The notes under the pieces: model-generated
What the model saw: only the letters and a program-made list of their open reading frames with translations
What the model was told of the DNA's origin: nothing
The model's database searches: none
Shown here: piece by piece, positions 11,561-26,269 of the stretch
How the letters are laid out: every line of letters begins with the position of its first letter
How positions within the stretch are numbered: the stretch's first letter is position 1
Translations under genes and position numbers: made by a program
From: Blasia pusilla
Taxonomy: Eukaryota
Direction of reading: 5' to 3'
Assembly: GCA_050084515.1 (NCBI GenBank)
Contig: CM114271.1
Location: forward strand, 18,104,001-18,168,000
Length of the DNA: 64,000 nucleotides

Positions 11561-14500
11561 ATTTTGCAAGGGTCCTTCTAGGATCGGCAAGGGATGCAGT
11601 AAGCCTTGTTTATTATCATAAGAAACTCTATTTGCTTAGCAAGTCACACAGGTCTTCATATATTGAGCAACATCCTCTTTCATGTTGGGCCAAAAGAACC
11701 GCTTCGACAGAACAGCTAGCGTAGATTTCTCTCCTTTATGTCCTGCCAAGGGTCCATCGTGACACTTTGCTAACACTTTGGTTCGCATCCTGCCTTGCCC
11801 AACATAGATCCTACTCTACTTGAACCATAAAAAACCGTGCCTCAAACTTATGTTGGCCACCTTCTCACCCTGCTTCAACTTCTTCAGGTACTCCCCTACA
11901 TGAGCATCCTTCATATATCCTTCACGAATCCTTCTTTCCAGGTCTCTTTCTTTAGGGAACATTGCTCTCAAGACCTGTGTCGTCGATGGCATGTGTTCCT
12001 CCTTGCGACTCAACGCATCTAGAATCACATTATCTTTACCTGGCTTGTGAATCAACTCAACATGCATTAACGCCAAGGTATCATGCCATCGCAGTTGTTT
12101 CGGTGTCACTTGATCTTGGGTCTCAAAATACTTGAGTGATATATTATCGGTGAATACTCGAGTCCTATGGAGCCCTAAATAATGCCGCCACTTCCTCAAG
12201 CAATAGACCACCGCGAACAACTCTTTCTCATGAGTGGGCCATCTTCTTTCAGTATCGCTAAGCTTCTTGCTCTCATATGCTACATGTCTCCCTTCTTGCA
12301 CCAACATTCCTGCAACCGCAAAATCACTAGCATCGGTATGCACTTCGAACGGTTTGTCAAACTCCGGCAGCTTCAATACTGGTTCCTGCGATAGAATCTG
12401 CTTCACTCGGATGAATTCCTCATTAACTTCCTGGGTCCAAGTCGTGTTGGCAAACTTTGCTGTCCAATCCGTGAGAGGTCTCACAATTCCAGAAAAGTTT
12501 TTCACATAAGTGCGATAGAACTGCACCGCACCTATGAACCTCCTCATCCCCTTTACAGTGGATGGGGGTTCCCACTCGACAATCACTTTCACCTTCTCCA
12601 TGTCTGGACTGAAGCCATCTGCACTGACCAAGTGACCCAAGAATTTGATCTTGCTCAAACCAAATTTGCTCTTCTCTACATTCGCATACAGTTGAGTTTC
12701 CCTTAGCTTAGACAAGACCGCTTTCACATGTCAAACGTGCTCCTCTAGTGACTTCAAATAGATAAGTATGTCATCAATATAGATAATAGATACTCATCCA
12801 TTTCCTTGTGAAAAATGGAGTTCATCAGTGTGGTGAACGTCGGAGGCGCGTTACATAGACCGAAAGGCATCACTACAAACTCAAAGGAACCGTATCTTGT
12901 CCTACACGCAGTCTTCTCCACATCCACCTCGGCAATCCGGATTTGGTAATATCCTGACTTCAAGTCAATCCTAGTGAAATATCTCGCGCCTGCCAGCCTA
13001 TCGAAGAGATCATCTATCCTTGGAAGAGGATAATTTTTCCGAACCATCACTTTATTCAGCGCACGGTAATCAACACACAGCCTCATCTTTCCATCCTTCT
13101 TCTTTACAAAAAGAACAAGTGCTCCATAAGATGACTTGCTAGTCCTAATGTAACCCTTTTCCAAGAGCTCACTTAACTACCTTTTCAACTCAAGAAGTTC
13201 CTCCTGATTCAACATGTATGGTGCTTTTGAGGGTGGTTGGGAACCAGGTATGATCTCTATCTTATGATCGACGGCTCTATGTGGTGGCAACTCAGTCGGA
13301 AGCTCCTTTGTCAAGACATCCTCAAACTCCTTGACCACTTCCTAAAGTGGTTCTAGGATTCCCCTTGAAACAGTGTCATGATCTCTGCGTATTTTGCTTG
13401 TAGCCTCCTCCACTTGTCTCATCAAGCAGAGAAATCCATCCTCCAACTCGGTCATGCTCCTCCTTGTAATCGAGTTTACTAACTCCTTTTTTCCCGGAAC
13501 CTCAAGGACCAACCGCACCTGTAACCGTTTTCCTTTTAGCAAGATGCTCAACCTCAAGGGTCTACATCTTAACCCCACCTCATACGCATCTAGGAATTTA
13601 TTCCCCAAGACTCCGTCAATGCCATCCATTTCGCACATAGTGAAATTCTCCTTCAACTCGAATACCCCGCATCCTACGGTCAAACCCAAGACCAATTCAG
13701 AAGTCCGATGAGACTTGCCTCCTACAAATCCTACTCAAATGGGCTCATCCGCCTTAGAGGTAGACAACCCCAGTTCCTTCACGATTCTCGGGCTTAGGAA
13801 GGAGTGCAAAGCACCTCTATCCACGAGCAACAACACATCGTGATCAGCAATCTTTGATCTTGGATCTTAGGTACACCAAATTGTGCGTCCTCTTGGTGAC
13901 CTGAAGGGACGTCTCGAGATCACCCACCAACAGATGCTTAGCGGCAAACGCAATCATACTCCCATTACTAACCTTCGGTTTCGAACACACTTTTTCCAGG
14001 TGCCCCGGTTCGCCACAGTTGTAGCATATGACCTTGCCATTCCCTGACTTTGAGTGTTGTCCTTCTCTCGGCTTCGCATGAAGTTCCACTCGTTTTGCTG
14101 CCATGGCAGACGACTCTCCTGGATCGTGTAGGCCCCCTCTCCAGACTCTTTTGAACGTCTCCTTATTTTTTGACTTCTTCGAAAAACCTTTTGGCTCAAA
14201 GGATTTTGGGTTTGGACCTCATCGTCCCCAATCCGCTCCGCTAGCTTCAGAAGATCCGTGCATGTATCTAGCAACGTCGGCATTCGGTAAAGGGCCTTTT
14301 CAGTGCTCGACTTGAGTCTACTAATGAAGATAGCCTTCTTTGCGTGCTCATCCATCTTTGGAAGAGAAGTCAGTTTCGCACTTAACTCCCTCATATACGC
14401 GCTTAAGGAACCACTTTGCCGCATCCGCACGCATTCCACCGTATCGCGCAACCCTTGGTACTCTGGAGTGAATCGATCCCCAATCAACACCTTAAACTCC

Positions 14501-16168
14501 TCCCAACTCAGAGGTGACTCGCCGACCAGATATTCCTCTCGTTGAGCTATCCATCATTGTAGCGCATGATCCTTCAAGAAAGTAACGGCTACCATCACCT
14601 TGTCCTGCTCAAGCGCCTTGTGCCTTGAAGTATAGTTCCAGTTCCGTAAGAAAATCCTTCACTTTCCGCGAGCGCCCCACCCCAGTGAATGGCGTGGGCA
14701 GGTTTGTCCTGCAGAGCTTTTTTCCCGCTCCCGGAGTTCGGGTGGCCTCTAACTTGCTTTGCTGGGACATATGCTCCACCAACAGCTTCAACAAGTCCAA
14801 CGTCTAGCTTGACTCGGTCGCTTCTCCTGATTTTGGGCCCGATGGTCCCGCGGAAGGATTCGCCTTTGGAACGTCCTCACGTCTAGCGTTCAGCTCTTCG
14901 GGAGTCTCCGTCTCCTCCATAGCTTCACAGTCCGGCATTGGTTCCTCTCTTGGTTCACATCGCTTGATTCGGCGCTTCTTGGGTTGTTCTCCCTCGATCG
15001 CCATTTTCAAGCCAACTCACTCAGACTCCTCCTCGTTTCTTGCGTCCCTCCTTGAGCGTCTGAGTCTAGCCGCTACCTTGAGTTTTCTCAAGCGTTCGGT
15101 TGATCCCACGACCCCAAGTTCTCGCTCACCAAGGATTAGCTCTAATACCACTTGTCGCGCCCCTACTCTCCTTGAACGTCAATCTTTAGTGTTACGGAAG
15201 CGTAACGTTCAGTAGGACACGATCTCATCGCCGATCTGCACCCAAACACGCACTCTCGTTAGTCGGGTCCGGGCCAACCAGCGTTCCAAACCACCGAGTT
15301 CTCAACTCGGCGTCTCATCAAGCTCAACCTTCCTTAATTACTAGTTTCCAAAACATGGCAAGTCCTTCAAGACTTGGAACAGACTTCATGATTAGTCGAG
15401 GAACCTAAAACGGCACTTGCGCGCCTAGCGATCCCAACTGTTCAACGGACCTCGTGCGAGTTCCAAACCGAGACCCAAGTAATTGAGTCGTGGGGTGAAA
15501 TCCAAGAGGGATGTCTAAAATTGCCTTCGTAGACTTGGTTCAGGTTTTCCAACCCAACCCCAAACTCTTGATCCCTTCCATGCCCTTGAGCCGCCCCATG
15601 GCGCCCAAAGTGGGGTTCGAGTTCCAAGCACTCTCGGAGACCTTACCCCTTTCTAGTAATTTTAGGGTTCTCCAATAACACCCCCCTCCTTTGGAAAAGG
15701 ATGGGGGGGCCCTTCATTGTGGCCCTCAACCCGACTCTATTTACAATCGTTTCCGGGTTGTTTCTCATCCGCTGCTTATGCGTTTGCAAAGATCTTTAGT
15801 GCGTTTGAACCAGCTTTCCATAAGCCTTCCAACACACCATTTTTTAATCCAAACGCATCTTGGTGCTTCTCGGCGCTAAAAGTTATGGCCATAAATATAG
15901 TCGAAAACTCTCAAACGCTTGTGGCGTTCCAAATCCGGATTCTTCCTTTGGCAACCCACTTCCTAGACTCAACTCCTTTCAAGTCTTGTTCCACGTTTGG
16001 TCCAAGTTTCTCAGTCACGACCAAAACATCTAAAATGCGAAGCCTCGCTTGTGTCTCATCTCTTGTCTCTTCTTCGAGACCACTCCAACACGCAAACCAT
16101 CTTAGCGTGAGCCCGCTAATGTTCCGATGTTCCGCTTTGGCACTCGTTTGGTCATGAGGGTCACGACA
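11561..16168 (-). mobile_element. Ty3/gypsy element nested in the copia; 3'-truncated (no integrase core, no 3' LTR)
   Basis: 5' LTR 15153-16168 with inverted termini TGTCGCGCCC/GGGTCACGACA. PBS TGGTATTAGAGC at 15150-15139. gag with CYNCGEPGHLEKVC knuckle (~14030), protease LLVDRGA (~13820), RT (12754-13164: [20 protein letters not shown]), RT/RNase H (11816-12727: VHTDASDFA), integrase HHCC zinc finger ~11600-11790. Confidence 0.92.
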
Positions 16169-16169
16169 T

Positions 16170-18556
16170 TGCTGGTGGATCCTTACCATCCAAGAGCTTC
16201 TTTATCCACTAAGGCTATGACGACTGTAGTGGAAGAGCATGATGCTTTTTGTAATCATCATCAAATTCTTCTTCTTGATGATCCGGTGTAAACATTGGTG
16301 GTGTGCTCTGGTGGGTTATCTCTTCGTTTGATGATAATATGGACGGACCATTGAAACCCACCACTTGACGAGGCTGTTCGTGGAACATCACATCACGAAT
16401 CACAAGCATCTGCTTTGCCTCATGACACCATAGGCGATAAGCTTTAGACTGATCACTGTATACCATAAAGATGCACTTCCTGCTCTTGGACTCTAGCTTG
16501 GTCATGGATGCTTCAGGAATATGTACAAAACACTCACTACCAAAAGTCATGAAATGTTGGACTGATGATACCTTACCTGAGTATGATTGATGAGGAGTCA
16601 TGCCTTGCAATGACTTGGTAGCACTTCTATTTAGAATGTAAAGGGTAGTATTAACAGCTTCAGCCCAAAATCCTTCTGTCAAACCTTTTGCTTTCATCAT
16701 ACATCTTGCCATCTCCACCACTATACGGTTTCGACGCTCAACAACTCTATTTTATTGTGGTGTATGTGTCGTGGTTAACTGTCGCTTGATTCCATGCTCC
16801 CCCAAATATTTGTTGAATTCTGTTGATAATAATTCTCCTCCTCGATCGGTGCGAAGCTCTTGTACCTTCTTTCCTATCTCATTCTCGACCAGCTTGTGCC
16901 ATACTTTAAATTTTCCAAAAGCACTTGCCTTATCACGAAGGAAATACACCCACATCTTCCTACTATAATCGTTGACAACTAAGAAGAAGTTGGAAGAACC
17001 ACCTAATGCCAGTGTTCTCATTTTACCACAAAGGTCAGCTTGAATCAGCTCTAGAGGAGCCTTTGCTCTATTGCTGGACTCTTGTGGAAATGGTTGTCGG
17101 TGTTGCTTGCCCATCATACAAGCTTCACATGTATCCGACATTCCAAAAATTATTGGTAAATCAACAACCATGCCAGATTTCCGTATCTGACTTAGTAAAG
17201 GAAAGCTTAGGTGACCAAATCTTTCATGCCACAACTTAATGCTACTAAGATCTGTACCTACACTTGTCGTGAAAGCATATAACTCGTAGATATTTCCACG
17301 TCGTATACCATCACCCACTACTTTCCCATTGGCATCCTCAATGATTGCTCCAGTTTTTCTTGAAACAAAATTCTAGGTCACGATCACATAATACTGCTAC
17401 CAAAATCAAATTTTGCTTCAACTCTGGTACGTATAGTACATCAATTAACTTCTTTTCATCTCCTTTTTGTGAGACTAAAGAAATTTTGCCTTTCCCTTCT
17501 ACAGAGCACTTTGCATTATTCCCAACAGTAACAACGATGAGCTCTAGTAGGGGCTGTAAGGAGCTATACCAATCCTTATGATTGGTCATATGCCTAGATG
17601 CTCCACTATTGAGCACCCATGCATCTTCACTCTTTGACTTAGTGGAATGTTCTGCCTGTGTGCAAAACTTTTCGATTGCTACCCAAACATCTATTTCATG
17701 TTCTCCTAGTTCTACAAAATTTCCAAACTCCTTCTTAGGACGTAAACAACCATTCTTCTCATCCTGACTCCTCTTTTTACAATCTTTGATAAGATGACCT
17801 AGCTTACCACAATAAAAGCATTTGAAGGCTTTTCTTGGAAATTTCTTCTTGACATTTGAACTGTAATCCTGATTTCTACCTCTCTGTACGTTGGCAGTAA
17901 ATGCTGCATCACTTCCCTCTCTTGCTTTGAAGCGTATTTCCTCTTCTACCAACATTGCACTAAATTGTTCAAAAGTAAGCGGCGTGGGTCTTACTTGAGT
18001 ATTCAATCGATGACAAACCATCATACCTTGGAGGCAAAATCCTTATGCACCGAGCGTGCCAAATCTTTGCTAGACTTTGAAATTCCTACAGACGCCATCT
18101 GATCTTGAAGATTCTTGATCCTTGTCAAAAATTGCTCCGCGCTTTCTCCTTCTGAAAATTTCTCGGACGTAAGCTGATTCTTCAGATTTTGAATCGAGTC
18201 TCTTTCCTCGTTTCATACTGATTTTTCAGAATGTTCCACGCCTCAGTAATAATGGTTGCATGTTGAATGAGAGTCATGACATAATCAGTTACATTCGTGA
18301 TAATCGTATATAGAGCATCAACGTTTCTCCGTTTCCATGCCAGCAATACAACACGATCCATATCCCCAGACGAAGATGAACATGCAAAACTCAAAGTAGC
18401 TTGTGGATTCGAATCAACCTTTATGGCTGTCTCCCAAATCTCAAATGATTCGAGGACAATTCTCATTTTGAACTTCCACAATGTATAGTTAGACCCATCT
18501 AACTTCCCTTCATCCAATAGAGGAGGGCGAGCACGAACTAACGAAGAAGTAGCCAT
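16170..18556 (-). pseudogene. Copia gag-protease-integrase, frameshifted
   Basis: KLDGSNYTLWKFKM gag, CFYCGKLGHLIKDC knuckle, WVLNSGASRHM protease, LWHERFGH...CEAC, LRTDRGGE integrase, FWAEAVNT. Confidence 0.92.
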
Positions 18557-18628
18557 CTCTCAAGATTTTGTGCAAACATACTAGATCGCCAGATATAAAA
18601 TACTGGAAAACCTACTGCTCTAATACCA

Positions 18629-19041
18629 TGTGAGAAAACAAAAAGTGACGAAATCACTGAAATCTTTATAAAACTTATAGATACAAAGTGGCCTAGTCTG
18701 TCCATGCGCTGATAGAAGAGCTTCGATGGAACCTCAACGTGGAGATAACTCGCCATACGAGAATGCGCTACCGCTACGTCTCCCAACTATTTCACTACTC
18801 GGAAAACTAGGGTTTTTACCTAGTTTTCTTCATTTCTATTAATAAAAAAATCTTGCATCATGCACCCTAATGCAATATAGGGTTAGATAATCCTAGTAAC
18901 GCTACTCCGTAAATCACCTACGTCATATTACTATGACTTCTTCGACGTCTAAGTCGAAACCATCAATCTAGGCTTCTCCTCATACAAAGGGGTCCGATCA
19001 GATTAATGGTGCTCATAAAAGTGGATGTTGAGAATCCAACA
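18629..19041 (-). repeat. Copia 5' LTR
   Basis: Direct repeat of 10751-11159, adjacent to the PBS. Confidence 0.93.
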
Positions 19042-19056
19042 GCCTTGAGCGACATG

Positions 19057-20473
19057 TGTCATGCCAAGAGCTTCTCTTTTCGAGCAAAGGCATACCTTAT
19101 AGTTGCGGAAATCGTTGATGCAAGATGAATTCTCTAGTAAGTTTTCGTATTATGTATCAAATCACTATCTACACTCTATGTTCTCTTACAATGAGAATCA
19201 CAAACGATTTTGTCAATTGCAAGATTATCACTTCTTTATAATACCAAACTCCGAAATTCTTGACTATCAAATTTGTATGAACTACTTGGCGTTTGTACAT
19301 AAAGAAAATGTCATAACTTATATCAAATGTAACTTAAGGAGGCATGTTTATATTTATAGGCTGCTAGAGAAGGACAAACAAAATACAATCGTAATTCCTT
19401 ACGAAAGTGATAATAAAAATATCATTGGAGTTGGTGGTTGCATAACTTGGTTTATGAATATCTTTCCAAAGTGATAGACTAGATAATGAGTAAGCCAATG
19501 CATATTTACAAAGATAATCTTTGGGTGATATAGATTAATAAAAAGGAATTCGGATACCACTCACGTTATCTCATCGAGAGCTTTCTTCAAGTAAAAATAT
19601 ACCTTCTCGTTGTAATAGCCATTGAAGCAAAATTGAGTTTTATGATAAGTTTCAAGTGTATATTTGTCACAAACGGTAGTGTTGAGGCGATCATTTTTCA
19701 TAATTTTTAATCAATACCATAAAGCATGATCTTGTTACTATAAAGTATACCATGAAATATACCATAAAGTATATAATCCATCCTCATTAGAAAAGTAACA
19801 AGACCAAATCCATCCATTATCCATAAAATAACAAAGTGAACTTTTCTAAGATAAAAGTCTCTCCAAATAATCATCTCCACACATATTTGATCTTCAAAAC
19901 TTTCAAAGAATAGATCATAACTAATTCACTCTACCAAGAAGGATAATTCACACTAAAAGGACAAGCAAACAAGCCCAATGTCATACACTCAAGAGTGAAA
20001 AGCTAAAAACAAATTCAAGAAATGAATTTCAGGTGATGAATCCTTGAAGGTCCTTGCTCTTTATATACTCACAAGGGATCCTCAAGGATACAAAATAAGT
20101 CTAATCTTATTTTGTGCTATATGACTTCCTCTAAAGGTTTAGCCAATTCCATTTTGAGACAAGTAGATTAACTCTTATCTCTTTCTAAAATATCCTCATA
20201 AATCCACTTCATATCCTCCCAACTATCATAGCCATCAACCAATAATATTCTAGCTTTATTTTCATTAATACACTAATTCACTACTTTACTTTTATGTTTC
20301 CAATATCGCATTTATCAACTTTCTTTTTTATAATTGGACACATACAAATAAGGCATGATTAAAAGGTTTGAACATGGTTTTTTTTCCTAAAGTTTTCACT
20401 CAATACTTATGTAAGCTCTCTCTAACACTAATAAGAGTGAATTATATATTTTAGATTATTTTACTCCACGACA
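19057..20473 (-). repeat. Decayed LTR of Gypsy family X (ORF-bearing LTR)
   Basis: TGTCATGCC...CCACGACA termini; collinear with 33130-34411; decayed ORF-X (KIIFVNMHWLTHYLVYHFGKIFINQVMQPPTP) at ~19165-19570. Confidence 0.75.
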
Positions 20474-21520
20474 ATGGCACAAAAATTGGCAACTCGTAGT
20501 ATCTACGACATAGTATTTGATCCCTAACAAATGACTACTAGTCTTTAAGCATCATAGAATAAGAATGAGAGCTCAAATCCATCAATCTAAAAATCACCTC
20601 GTATTGATGGATGACCAACTCTCACTTGGTTAGTACACGGTGGTAAATGATGAGAAGGGTGCACTTCTCATGTCAAAATAACATGAAAATGGAAAGGGAG
20701 CGAACATAACTTTTGGTATCACAACCTTGTGAGCTTATATTTCAAATTGGAACTCTAATTTGTTACAAGTGGCGATGTTGATCCTCCAAAGGTCCCAAAT
20801 TCATCGAAGAATTGACAAATTTTTGCAATTGTTTTTTCCATACTAACTCAAACCATTGATCTAGTGCTTTTAAGAGCATTCTCATAAGCTCTTAAGCAGT
20901 GGATATAATCCTCAATCTATAAATTAGTGAACACATTGACAACCCTTTTTCGATAATTATCGTAATGTGGAATTCACTCATTATAAAATAGATCAAAATT
21001 CTTGTCCAACACACAAAGAAGACTCTCTATGGCTCTCATGTATACTTTATATTCTCTCTTGTTAAACCAAAGCTACTATGGGATTATTTAGAAGACAAGG
21101 AGCACCATAGCTCCTCCGCCTCATACATAAGAGGATCAACAACCAAAGAATAAACTCTCAAAGCTTACTCTCCTTGAAATATACCATCTTTCCCATATTC
21201 TTCCTTTGATCTTCCATAAAGTCTCTCCCAAAGTCATCCCTTTAGTTCTCTTCAAAGTCTTTCCCTTTATGATTTATGGACTAAAGATTTGTGCACCAAG
21301 GTCACTAATTAATCATAATCCTAAAATAATGGCTAAGGAACCACCATTCACACATAGAATTTCAAAGCTCACATAATTAGGGAGCTTATTTGGAATAGGA
21401 AGTTTCTCAAATAGCTTCCAAATAGATCTACATAAAAGGAGAATCTAGTATAATAGATTACCCTACTTAATAGCAAGTAATCAATGATATATTGAACGCC
21501 GCCTCTTATATATACTAAAG

Positions 21521-22911
21521 TGTCGCACAAAAGCTTATCGTTACACTATAAAAGACTTGATAGGGATGACAAATGGTTATGGTGAGACAATTATTTATTT
21601 GCAGCAAAAAACCCCAATTTTCTTAACTATAAAGTCTCTATAATATCTGTTTGTTTGTACACTAAGAAGATTATACAATTGGTATGAAGACCTAATCGAG
21701 CAGGTATGCTTGCACCCATAAGTTACTAAACGAGAACATATAAAGTGTAATCCCAAGTCCTTCTATAAGTGACAATTAGAGGTACCTCAAAATTTGGTGA
21801 TTGCATGACTTGCTTCATAAATGTGTCTTTGGAATTATGGCCTTGATAGTGAATACACTAATGATTATTTACGAAGAGGATCTTTATATATATAGTACAA
21901 GTTTTTGAAAGGAAAATCAAATACCACGCGCGGTCCATCTTTGTTTATATTTGACAAACATCTTCTATTCCCTTATCTTTTCCTACACAATTTAAAGTCA
22001 TAGATAACCACTACACATATTCTCTTAAACTTATGAATAATAAGTTCCCAAAATTTAATCTACACTCATCAATTTCGAAAGCTCATTCGAAAATGAATCA
22101 TAATTGAGTTATTTTCCCAAGAAGGATAATCAACTTTCATTAAAAGAGTAACCAATATCTCAAGAAATACAAATATAACTCTTTTACGAGAATAAATCTC
22201 TCCAAAATATTCAAATCCAAACTCATCAAACCCTCAAATTTCTCAAGGATGGATGATGGTCAAATTATTCTCTTAAGAGTGATGATCCATTTTCGATAGG
22301 AAAGAAACCAAGTCCAATATTAGTATCCCAAGAATGACAAAAATAACTTGAGAAAATGAAATTTAAGAAAGTGAACGCTTGAATGTCCCTCCTATTTATA
22401 AACTCATGCGGTATCCAAAAGAGTATAAAGTAGGCTAATTTTATCTTGTATCAAATGATTTTCTCTTAAGGCTTAGCCAATCCTTTTTGGACACTAGTAA
22501 ATTAATTTGTATCTCTTTCTAAAATATCTCCATAAAACCATCTTACATCTCTTAACTATCCCAATTATTCTAGTCTCGACTTCTTTATCAATCATGATAA
22601 CTTTAACTTTATTATCATTAATATATCGATCCAATATCTTACTTGAATTTTTCCATGTTATAGTTATGATTTCCTTTTATAGAGTTGGATCTACATAAAT
22701 GAAGTAAATACCAATCCACTACTTTATTTTTCTACTTTTCATGGCTCATTTGTGACATCTTTTCTTGTAATTGGATTTAAATAAATAATCTATTATTACG
22801 AGGTTCAAACATGGAATTTTAAAAAAATTAATCACTTAATATTTATATAAATTATTTCTAACATTCATAAGAAGTAAATATATATATGTCGAATCATTAT
22901 ATTATACGATA
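21521..22911 (-). repeat. Highly decayed family-X LTR
   Basis: TGTCGCAC...TATACGATA termini; shared blocks GGCTTAGCCAAT and CAAGAAGGATAAT. Confidence 0.6.
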
Positions 22912-23149
22912 ATGTGATAACGTTGTTGTATAGTAAAATGACATACCATATATATTTCACTCTTATTAATGTTGGAGAGAGTTGGATAAGTGTTAAATAA
23001 TTTTGCTCATGAAAACAAGATTTAATGTTTAAACTTTTTAATCGAGCCTCATTTATGCAAGTACATGGTAGCAACAGCCGATTTAGGATTTAAAATATTT
23101 ATACCCTATAAAATTTTGAAATGGATACTTATCCTTTTCATGATGCAGA

Positions 23150-23390
23150 TAAATCTCAATCTCTCCCTCTCTCTCTCTGAGAGGCTTGGGTTACACAATA
23201 AGCCAAGGAGGAACACAACTCTACAACCTCATGCCAAGAGGTTCCACAAATAGATAATGAGTTTTCAAGTTCTCTCATCTCAAGGTATATCCCTTCTCTT
23301 ATTCTAATCTCGCTCTATGGTAATCTTTGCTCCCAAGTCACCTTCTTGGCTCTTGACTTGATGTAGGAGGACAAAGTCACTTTCTAAAAT
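23150..23390. repeat. Fragment related to the solo LTR at 37201-38289
   Basis: CATGCCAAGAGGTT...GGTATATCCC...CTCCCAAGTCACC...TTGGCTCTTGAC shared with ~37890-38090. Confidence 0.65.
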
Positions 23391-23719
23391 GATAAATTAA
23401 CTATACTTAAAATGAAACTTTTACACCAATCCCTTACTTTACTTTTATATTTCCTATCTTCCATTTATTATATTTTTTTCTAAAATTGGACCTGCACAAA
23501 TGAGGCACTATCTAAAATTTTAAATATGAAAAAATATTTTCATAAAATAATTACTTAATATTTCTAAAACTCTCTCTAATATTAATAAGAGAAGAATATA
23601 TGTAATGGATTATTTTTTTACACGATAATCTATCTCTAAAATGATAAATTACATAGAAAAAAAAACTAATGCTTATCTAGTAGGATAATTTGATATTGTA
23701 TAAATTGAAAGGAAATCAA

Positions 23720-24610
23720 ATATCCTTTATATGTGATATTTATCGATGATTCACAAACTTCCTTTATCCTTCTTTCTCTCCTTACATAGCTTAAAGTTAT
23801 GATTCTTACGCATATCCGTCTAAACTAATTGATGAATGATAAAATTTTCCCAAAATTAATTTATATTTATTAATTTCTAAAACTCCTTAAAAATTGAAGA
23901 AAGGTCAAACTATTTTCCCAAGAGGATTAAGCCACTCTCATTGAGAGAGTAAGTAAATCTTATTTCATTCTATCAACAATGACAATCAAAACTCTTCTAA
24001 GATGACACTTCTCTTAAAAAATTATGCGTAATTATAAAAAATTAAAATCCCTCAAGAATGGATTATGTCCAAATTATTCTTTTAAGAAAAATAATCCACT
24101 CTTATTGGAAGAGTGACCAACTCTAATAATACAGTCTTAAGAAAGACAACGACATCTCATAAAAAATGCAATCGAAGGTAGTGAATGCTTGAAGATACTT
24201 GATCCATAAAAGTACAAAATAAGGTTAATATATTTTGTGTGCCACATGGCTCTCGCTCCAGACTCAAGTAATCCTCTTTGATACAAATAACATATTTTTT
24301 TATCTCTGCTAAAATATCATCCTAAAACCACTTCGTATCCTCCCAACTATCCTAGCCTTGACTTCTTCACCAATTATAATTACTTCAACTTTATTTTCAT
24401 TAAGATACTTACCAATTATTTGGACTATATTTTTCTTGTGTCTCCTTTATAACCTTGTTCATAAGACTTTTACTTACACAAATAAGATATCTTAAAAAAA
24501 GTTAAATGAGATATTTTTTTTTCTGAGATAATAATTCAACATTTGTAGAAAACCTCTAAAAAACTCATAAGAGTGGAATATATATCTCGAATCCAATTAC
24601 TACACGAAAT
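23720..24610 (-). repeat. Partial, decayed family-X LTR
   Basis: Two copies of the CAAGAGGATAATCCACTCTCATTGG-like motif, GTGCCACATGGC block and a TACTACACGA end; boundaries approximate. Confidence 0.55.
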
Positions 24611-25270
24611 TTATCCCTATACATCTTTTGGTACATGTCATGCTATCAACACTTTTTGCTATATTATTCAAATTCATTTTTATCGTAGGTCTCTCTTTCA
24701 AAAAAATTACAGAGAAATTGATTTGATGAAAGTAACCCGTTAAAATCAATAAATTCATTTTCGTCTACGAAAAAATCTTAACCATTTTACATGTGATGGT
24801 TAGCTTAAGAGGTGTATCATCCAACTCACATAGTTCTTAAGCGGAATTTCTAAAATAAGATACTACAAAAATACCCTTAACCACGTAGCTTCTAAGCTTT
24901 TTAACAATATTATCGGTCGTCGAACGTTAAGATCCAATATCCTTCTCTTAGTAACTTCTTTCACAATCACTAGGTTTTATTCAATTATTTTTGTTTTTTT
25001 TATCATCATAAATTCTTTCATTTTGACTAATCATTCTCTTATATCCTCTTCATGTTGTTTTAGCTGTTGTATTTGAAGTACCAAGAATTTCATCTATCAA
25101 CTCCATCCATCAATTATTCTTCCTCCAAACTCCATCCATTGACCTTGTTATATCCATTAATCCCATCCGTCCATGCATTCCATCATCATCTAGTTATGAA
25201 TCCTGTATATGTCCATCTATTCATTCGCTCCAACTTACACTCGTCATCTTGATATACCAAAATATGTATT

Positions 25271-25330
25271 GGGCAAGATTCAAACCTACACTGTTAGGCC
25301 TATGGTGCAATCTTCTACCACTAGTCCACA
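25271..25330 (-). other. tRNA-like/SINE-head remnant
   Basis: Minus strand TAGTGGTAGA (A-box-like) ... GGTTTGAATCTT (B-box-like) at tRNA-like spacing in an AT-rich tract; no intact cloverleaf. Confidence 0.35.
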
Positions 25331-26269
25331 CATTATTATATGTACATGAAATAAAATTTAAATATATATAAAAATATCAAAAATATCGATATTTTATTTT
25401 TTAAATTTTAAATTATTTTGTTTCAAAAAAATATTATATTCATTTTTTTATTTATTATAATAAATAAGAAATATAAATCCATACATAAAATAATGAAAAT
25501 ATAAAAATATGAATATTATAAATCCATATATAAAATAATAAATATTTTATATATTTCTTATAATAAATAATAAAATTGGATTTAATTATTGGTATTTTAA
25601 GTATATGGAAATTTTTTTATTGTAAAATTTGAAAATTGAAAAATAATGATATGAAAATATGAGAATATAAATGAAAATGATATTTTAAACATCTACCCTT
25701 AAAGTCTTATATTTAATTTTCTTCCTTATATTTTTATCCTTTTATCAACAAATAAATGCATTAATCATGCAACTCTATCACAATATGCATTTAGGTCTCA
25801 AGAAACAAACCAAAAAAAATCTTTAAATGAAAATCCAAAGAGGGAATTAAAAATGAAAAAATTAATTTGATTTTCCAAATTTTATCTCGTTTTAGAAGAG
25901 TAAATAAAAGATCCGAACCTTTTAAATAAGAGAGGGTAATCCCAACATCAAGTCCTCCAACTTTTAGCTTAATGCAATGGCGGGAAACTTTAAGTTAAAA
26001 AATATTTTCACTTAAAGTTATCCTCTTTCTCCTTGTCTCTTTATTTTTTTACCTTTCTTTCTAATGAGCATTTCATAAATCATGTCGCATGATAAAAATA
26101 CGCAATTTGGTCTTAGGATCGGATGTCGGGATGAAAATATTGAAATGGTCATCCAAGGAGGGAATTAAAATTAAAAATCATAAATCATAATTATAGTTTC
26201 ATCATAGAAGATTTTACTTTAGAGAAATTTACTCTTTACAACATTTGAAATACTAAGTCAGAAGAATCG

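Larger units (their letters stand above)
10751..19041 (-). mobile_element. Ty1/copia LTR retrotransposon, degenerate; RT deleted; contains a nested Gypsy
   Basis: Direct-repeat LTRs 10751-11159 and 18629-19041 (TG...CA). PBS TGGTATTAGAGC (tRNA-iMet type) at 18628-18617. Degenerate TSD GCTTT/GCCTT. Internal gag-PR-INT order followed by RNase H. Confidence 0.93.

Noticed and set aside
25330-26200. Extremely AT-rich tract
   Set aside because: Low complexity; no periodicity or termini that I can support
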